NCBI GenBank assembly: GCA_963812605.1
Contig: CAWEWF010000005.1
Location: 32,001 to 96,000, forward strand
DNA from: an uncultured Verrucomicrobiae bacterium
Lineage (GTDB): Bacteria > Verrucomicrobiota > Verrucomicrobiia > Palsa-1439
Length of the DNA stretch: 64,000 nt
Reading direction: 5' to 3'
Part shown: positions 59,090-64,000 of the stretch, one piece after another
How the letters are laid out: each line of letters starts with the position of its first letter
Numbering within the stretch: the first letter of the stretch is position 1
Translations under genes and position numbers: made by a program
The notes under the pieces: generated by a model
Seen by the model: only the letters and a program-made list of their open reading frames with translations
The model's database searches: none
What the model was told of the DNA's origin: nothing

Positions 59090-59728
59090 ATGAAATCGCC
59101 GGCCGACATTCGTTTCCTCATCACCGCGGGACCGACCCGCGAGTTTTTCGATGCCATCCGCTATGTCTCCAATCGTTCGTCGGGGAAAATGGGCTACGCG
59201 CTTGCCGAGGCGGCGCGCGCGCTCTCGTCGCAGGTGGTGCTGGTCAGCGGACCGACGGCGCTCACGCCGCCGCAGGGAGTCGAGTTTGTCCCGGTGACAA
59301 CGGCGCAGGAGATGGCGGAGGCGGTGTGGAGCCGGTTCGGGAAGGCGGACATTTGTATCATGGCGGCAGCGGTCTGCGATTTCAGGCCGACGAAAACGGC
59401 GACGGGCAAAATCAAAAAAGGCTCATTCAACGGCGTGCTCGAGTTGGAGCCGACGCCGGACATTCTCGCGGAACTGGGACGACGCAAGAAATCCCAGGTG
59501 CTGGTTGGTTTCGCGGCGGAAACGGATGATCTCGAAAAGAATGCGCGCGAGAAGTTGCTTCGGAAGGGACTCAATTTCATCGTAGCGAACGATGCCAGCG
59601 CATTTGACGCGGAGACGAATCGCGTGGCCGTCATCGGCGGCGAAGGAAAGGTTGAGCGGCTGCCGGAACTGCCAAAGATCGAGGTTGCGAAGGCGATTAT
59701 CGAGCGAGCGGTGCGGCTGGTCCGCTGA
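59090..59728 (+). CDS. coaB: Phosphopantothenate-cysteine ligase (stand-alone CoaB)
   Basis: ITAGPTRE, NRSSGKMG, AAAVCDF, VGFAAET, IVAND. Confidence 0.9.
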   Translation: MKSPADIRFLITAGPTREFFDAIRYVSNRSSGKMGYALAEAARALSSQVVLVSGPTALTPPQGVEFVPVTTAQEMAEAVWSRFGKADICIMAAAVCDFRPTKTATGKIKKGSFNGVLELEPTPDILAELGRRKKSQVLVGFAAETDDLEKNAREKLLRKGLNFIVANDASAFDAETNRVAVIGGEGKVERLPELPKIEVAKAIIERAVRLVR

Positions 59729-59731
59729 CCG

Positions 59732-60148
59732 TTACGAATTGTGGGGTTTTTTGGAAAGGTCGCTGCGGATTTTCTCGAAGCGATTGTCCTGCCGGAGATT
59801 ATCGAGGTCGGGGTCCTTGGTGAGCCACTGGGCGTCGCTATAGCCGAGCTTGACCGCCTGGCGGAGGGCGGCGAACGCCTGCTCCACATATTTCAGGAGC
59901 GAATAGCTGCACGCCAGGTTGTAGAACACCAGCGAATTGTCGGGACAAAGCCTGGCCAGCCGCTCGTCGATTTTGAGCCCCTTTTCCCATTGTCCCGTCT
60001 TCGTGTAGGCATCACCAAGGATTTGCAGGGCTTCGATGAAGTCGGGATCGTGGTGCGCGATGCCCTCGAAGAACCTGATTTCGAAATCGAGGTCCTCTTT
60101 CGTGGCGGCTTTGCCACGCGGTAGTTTTGTCTCCCGGATCGGCAACAT
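59732..60148 (-). CDS. TPR-repeat protein
   Basis: ALQILGDAYT, VFYNLACSYS, DPDLDNLR C-terminal cap. Confidence 0.85.
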   Translation of the reverse strand: MLPIRETKLPRGKAATKEDLDFEIRFFEGIAHHDPDFIEALQILGDAYTKTGQWEKGLKIDERLARLCPDNSLVFYNLACSYSLLKYVEQAFAALRQAVKLGYSDAQWLTKDPDLDNLRQDNRFEKIRSDLSKKPHNS

Positions 60149-60162
60149 GGCGATCGTTCTCC

Positions 60163-61458
60163 CTAGGCTGCGCTGTCGGGCCGCAAATCGTTGATCACGA
60201 TTCCCGAAAGCAACTTCGGGTAGAAATCCGTGCTCTTCTGCGGCATCCGCGAACGGGCGTCAGCAATGACTTTGACCTCCTCAATCTGCGTTGGATTCAG
60301 AAAAAATGCAAGCTGCGACTTGCCGGCCTGAACCGACTCCGCGGCCTTCTCCGGCTCGCGCCAATAGGCGACATTGGACTCTTCGCGCAGGCGAATTTCG
60401 TCGATGCCCAGCAGGGCTTCGAGGATCCCGACGTGAAGAATGGCCACGTCCAACGTATGCCACAGCGGTGGCTTGTCCACGAACAGCGGTCGCAACGCGT
60501 CGAGGTTTTTGGGCTGCAGCAATGCGAAACCATCCGCATCGCGCATCCCAATGAGATGTTGTCCGCCTTTCATGGCCCCGAGCAGTTCCTCCAATGACGG
60601 ATGGAGTTCAATCGAAAAGGTTTTTGCCAGCAACTCACGGAAGCGCTGCCGGTCAAAGCCGCTGAGATTTGCCACGGTCCGATGCGTCGGCAGGACGATC
60701 AATCCAGGGTCGCTCATGTCCACCAGGGTTGCCATCACAAATTCAGATGGCGAGTTTGGGTCGGCCTTGTGAGCCGCCGCGCGACACTCATCGCGGTACG
60801 CCAGCGCGGTCTCATAACGATGGTGTCCATCCGCAATGTAGAATTTTACCTCCCGCAACGCATCCTGGGCGGACGCGATCGCCTTGGGATCGCTGATTTC
60901 CCAAAGCCGGTTCACGACGCCGTAGTCGTCAGTCGCGGTCAATGCGGGGTCGCCCTTGGGAGTGGGGAGGGGATTGCGTTTAGGACGCGGGTACAGCATA
61001 AAGATCTGACCTTGCTGTGAACCGCACGCGCGCAGCAGCGACAGACGGTCGGCTTTCGGCTTGGAGAGCGTATGTTCGTGCGGCAGGATCACACCCTCGT
61101 CCCAGCGGTGAAGGCGCACGCGGGCGATCAACGCCCGGCGCGTCCGTTTTCCGGAACCGTCAGGCGCGGCGAAGGTCTGTTCGAGATAATAAAGCGCCGG
61201 CTTCGCTGCCTGCCGCAATACACCTTCCCGCAACCACGCTTGATACAAATCGCGCGCCCGGGTGTACTTGTTGTTCGTTTCCGAGTCACCGGGCGCTTCT
61301 TTCCCCAGTTCAATTTGTACGAGGTTGTAGAGAGAGAGCTTTTGGTATCGCTCTTGCATTGCGGGCGTGATCTTGTCGTAAGGCTGCGTCAGCACGTCAT
61401 TGAGCTTGACCCGCTGGGTGTTGTAGAGAACTCCGCGAAAAGGTTGAATATCCGCCAT
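60163..61458 (-). CDS. DUF1015-family protein
   Basis: IQPFRG, PYDKI, LPHEHT, YIADGHHRYETA, PTHR, MPQKSTDFYPK. Confidence 0.92.
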   Translation of the reverse strand: MADIQPFRGVLYNTQRVKLNDVLTQPYDKITPAMQERYQKLSLYNLVQIELGKEAPGDSETNNKYTRARDLYQAWLREGVLRQAAKPALYYLEQTFAAPDGSGKRTRRALIARVRLHRWDEGVILPHEHTLSKPKADRLSLLRACGSQQGQIFMLYPRPKRNPLPTPKGDPALTATDDYGVVNRLWEISDPKAIASAQDALREVKFYIADGHHRYETALAYRDECRAAAHKADPNSPSEFVMATLVDMSDPGLIVLPTHRTVANLSGFDRQRFRELLAKTFSIELHPSLEELLGAMKGGQHLIGMRDADGFALLQPKNLDALRPLFVDKPPLWHTLDVAILHVGILEALLGIDEIRLREESNVAYWREPEKAAESVQAGKSQLAFFLNPTQIEEVKVIADARSRMPQKSTDFYPKLLSGIVINDLRPDSAA

Positions 61459-61560
61459 AAGTATCTGTAAGTTGCGGTCGATACTAGGCGGTGCCCCGCA
61501 TAGCGTCAAGAACTGCGAAACGAATGGCCGCGACAGGCATCCAAAACAGAGTCACGGATC

Positions 61561-62133
61561 ATGAAACGAAACGGCAACCGTGTAGCTCTACTCGCAGCCC
61601 TGGCTCTAGCTGGCGCTTTTTTGCCGTTGGGGTTCGCGAACGAACCGAACCGATTGACGGAAAAGGCCACGTTTAGCGCCGGGTGTTTTTGGGGCGTGGA
61701 AGCGGCGTTCCGCCAGGTGAAAGGCGTGACGGATACGGTGGTCGGCTACATGGGCGGGACGCTGAAGAACCCCACGTATGAGGATGTGACCACCCATCGC
61801 ACGGGCCACATGGAGGTTTGCCAGGTCACGTACGACCCGTCGCAAACCAGTTATGAAAAACTGGTCGCGGTATTTTTTCAGATCCGCAAGCCGACCTCCT
61901 TCAACCCCGCGGGGCATGATCTTGCCAGCCAGTACCGGTCGGTAATCTTTTTTCAAAGTCCCGAGCAGGAAAAAACCGCCCTGGCGGTAAAGGACCGGCT
62001 GCAAGCGTCGGGTAAATTCGACCAGCCGATTGCGGTGGCGATCGTCCCCGCGATGGAGTTTTGGCGTGCAGAAGAGTATCACCAGCGCTATGCTGAGAAA
62101 CACAATTTGCCGAGTTGTCAGATCGCACCATGA
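61561..62133 (+). CDS. msrA: Methionine-S-sulfoxide reductase with signal peptide
   Basis: AGCFWG, QYRSVIF, AEEYHQ; N-terminal [19 protein letters not shown]. Confidence 0.95.
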   Translation: MKRNGNRVALLAALALAGAFLPLGFANEPNRLTEKATFSAGCFWGVEAAFRQVKGVTDTVVGYMGGTLKNPTYEDVTTHRTGHMEVCQVTYDPSQTSYEKLVAVFFQIRKPTSFNPAGHDLASQYRSVIFFQSPEQEKTALAVKDRLQASGKFDQPIAVAIVPAMEFWRAEEYHQRYAEKHNLPSCQIAP

Positions 62134-62693
62134 AATCCAATACCTGGTACATGCTGGCAGGCGCAGCCACGGTAATCGTGGCCGCGGGCTTTGCGCGATT
62201 CCTTCTCGGCGCCGAGGGCAACGTGCAAAACACAAACAAGAATCAAAAGGTGCAGATTGTGGAGTTTAGCGATTCCGGCGAGCGACAGGGAGTTGTCACG
62301 GTTGATCGGATCGTAAAAACGGACGCGGAATGGAAGAAGCAACTCGCACCGGAACAGTTCAAAGTGACGCGACAGGAGGGCACGGAGCGCGCCTGCTCGG
62401 CGGGCTACTGGAACAACCACGAGACGGGTCTTTACCGTTGCATTTGCTGCGGCACGGCGCTTTTCAAGTCCGACACGAAGTTTGAGTCCGGCACCGGTTG
62501 GCCGAGCTTTTGGGAGCCGGTGGCGGAAGAGAACATTGAATCGCGGCCCGACAATTCTTTCGGCATGGAACGCACGGAAGTACTCTGCAAGCGTTGTGGG
62601 GCGCATCTGGGCCATGTGTTTGACGATGGCCCCAAGCCCACCGGGCTCCGTTATTGCATCAATTCCGCGGCCCTGACTTTCGTGAAGAAATGA
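62130..62693 (+). CDS. msrB: Methionine-R-sulfoxide reductase with N-terminal anchor/signal
   Basis: GTGWPSF, HLGHVF, RYCINS, two Zn CxxC; ATGA overlap with msrA. Confidence 0.95.
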   Translation: MKSNTWYMLAGAATVIVAAGFARFLLGAEGNVQNTNKNQKVQIVEFSDSGERQGVVTVDRIVKTDAEWKKQLAPEQFKVTRQEGTERACSAGYWNNHETGLYRCICCGTALFKSDTKFESGTGWPSFWEPVAEENIESRPDNSFGMERTEVLCKRCGAHLGHVFDDGPKPTGLRYCINSAALTFVKK

Positions 62694-62711
62694 TGCCTGG
62701 GGTGCTTTCCC

Positions 62712-63131
62712 ATGGCTGAAGACCTCGCTGAACGACCAGTGCCTTCCAACCCGCCCTTGAAGCGGCGCGACTTATTGGTGGGCATCGGCTTTTCGGCGGT
62801 CAATGCCGGTGCGCACCTGATCTGGAACCCGATTGTTGATTACTGGCAGTACGTGGTGACAACGCTGGTGTTTGTGTCGGCGCTGACATTTTGGCTGACC
62901 AAGGAGTGGCGACGCCTGGACCTGTTCATCACGAAGTTTTACTGCGTCGCCGTGATCGTCGATGTTTTCGCCGAAGGACTCCTGCAACCGTTCCATCATT
63001 GCACGTTCGACAACCTGATGTGCACGGGTCGGATGTTCCTCGTGTTTTTTGCGGCGTGGTTGCTGGTGTATCCCTTGGAACGCTGGTTCACCATGCGCAA
63101 GACGGCGGTCGGTCCGGGGCCCGGCGTGTAG
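62712..63131 (+). CDS. Hypothetical 4-TM membrane protein with Cys/His cluster
   Basis: Four hydrophobic segments; FYC and HHCTFDNLMC. Confidence 0.65.
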   Translation: MAEDLAERPVPSNPPLKRRDLLVGIGFSAVNAGAHLIWNPIVDYWQYVVTTLVFVSALTFWLTKEWRRLDLFITKFYCVAVIVDVFAEGLLQPFHHCTFDNLMCTGRMFLVFFAAWLLVYPLERWFTMRKTAVGPGPGV

Positions 63132-63141
63132 ACAATCCAGC

Positions 63142-63984
63142 CTAACGTTCGAGTGCGGCGAAGAATTTCGAAAGGGCAGCGCGATAAGTCAGCGCGCTGG
63201 TCGCGAAAGCATCGTTGTGGCTGCCGCGAAGTTCGACGAATTGTTTCGGTTCATTGGCGGCGGCGAACAAACGTTGTGAATGACTGAAATCCACAAGGGT
63301 GTCGTCGCGACTGTGCAGGATCAGGAGCGGAACGTGGATTCCCGGCAGCTTGGCAATGGTGTCGTACTTGTTGCGCACCAGCCAGCGCACGGGAAAGAAC
63401 GGGAACATCCTTTGGCCGACATCGCCGATTGACGTGAATCCCTCCTCAAGCACAAGCCCGCGGACTTCCACTTTGCTCGCCAGATCGGCGGCAATGGCGG
63501 CGCCAAGCGATTCGCCGTAAGCGACGATCGAGCGCGGGGCGAGCTTGCGCTTTTGCGTCAGGTATTCATAGGCGGCTTGCGCGTCACGATAGGTGCCTTC
63601 CTCATTCGGCTGGCCTTCGCTGCGACCATAGCCACGGTAGTCGATAATGAACGTGTCGACACCGAGATCGCGGAACACGGCAATTTTCTCGAGACGATGG
63701 GAGATGTTGCCGGCATTGCCATGGCAGAAAAGCACGGTCAGCCTTGTCACATCAGCGTCCTCCGCCAGATTTTCCCCCGGCACAAACCAGCCGTTGATTT
63801 GAACGTCATCGGAGGTGGTCAGGGTGATGTTTTCGTATTTGAGTCCCACTTTATCGGGTGTTTGTTCGATCACGCGGTTTGGGTGGTAAAGGAGACGCGG
63901 CTCACTCCAGCGCAGCCAGAGGATGAACCCGATGATGACGATGAGAATGAGGAAGAGGTCGATCAACATGCGTCGCTTCCGCAT
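63142..63984 (-). CDS. Membrane-anchored alpha/beta hydrolase
   Basis: HGNAGN, DYRGYGRS, GESLG nucleophile, HND. Confidence 0.92.
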   Translation of the reverse strand: MRKRRMLIDLFLILIVIIGFILWLRWSEPRLLYHPNRVIEQTPDKVGLKYENITLTTSDDVQINGWFVPGENLAEDADVTRLTVLFCHGNAGNISHRLEKIAVFRDLGVDTFIIDYRGYGRSEGQPNEEGTYRDAQAAYEYLTQKRKLAPRSIVAYGESLGAAIAADLASKVEVRGLVLEEGFTSIGDVGQRMFPFFPVRWLVRNKYDTIAKLPGIHVPLLILHSRDDTLVDFSHSQRLFAAANEPKQFVELRGSHNDAFATSALTYRAALSKFFAALER

Positions 63985-64000
63985 ACAGTCGGGCGAGGTA

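Overview
GC-rich bacterial chromosomal window, most likely Verrucomicrobiota (inference from the prepilin/H-X9-DG protein, secreted proteins ending in (F/Y)YRV-type domains, and heptamer/REP repeat styles). It holds about 60 genes. The housekeeping backbone is rpoD-dnaG, lysS-lolCE-lolD-ilvE-mcsA-mcsB-clpC, mlaEFD-PIN/TRAM-ispD-ispF-cysS, prfB-trpCFB-yicC-gmk-coaC-coaB and msrAB. Accessory patches include large secreted repeat proteins, a YgeW-like carbamoyltransferase / carbamate kinase / Se-dependent xanthine-dehydrogenase-like cluster, and a scarred toxin-antitoxin/DUF2075 islet. A lone gene after cysS appears to fuse a ParB/Srx-like domain, an HPr-like domain lacking His15, and a Cys/His tail. 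Non-coding signals: a diverged ~80-nt structured motif present twice around an adhesin-like gene, several REP/REPIN families, the canonical prfB +1 frameshift site, and many sigma70 promoters 6-10 nt from start codons (leaderless or near-leaderless mRNAs). Eight single-base frameshifts (seven between 47.6 and 53.7 kb, some in essential genes) look like sequencing or assembly errors. No rRNA, tRNA, CRISPR array, transposase or integrase was seen. All family calls come from motif recognition by eye; no database search was run.
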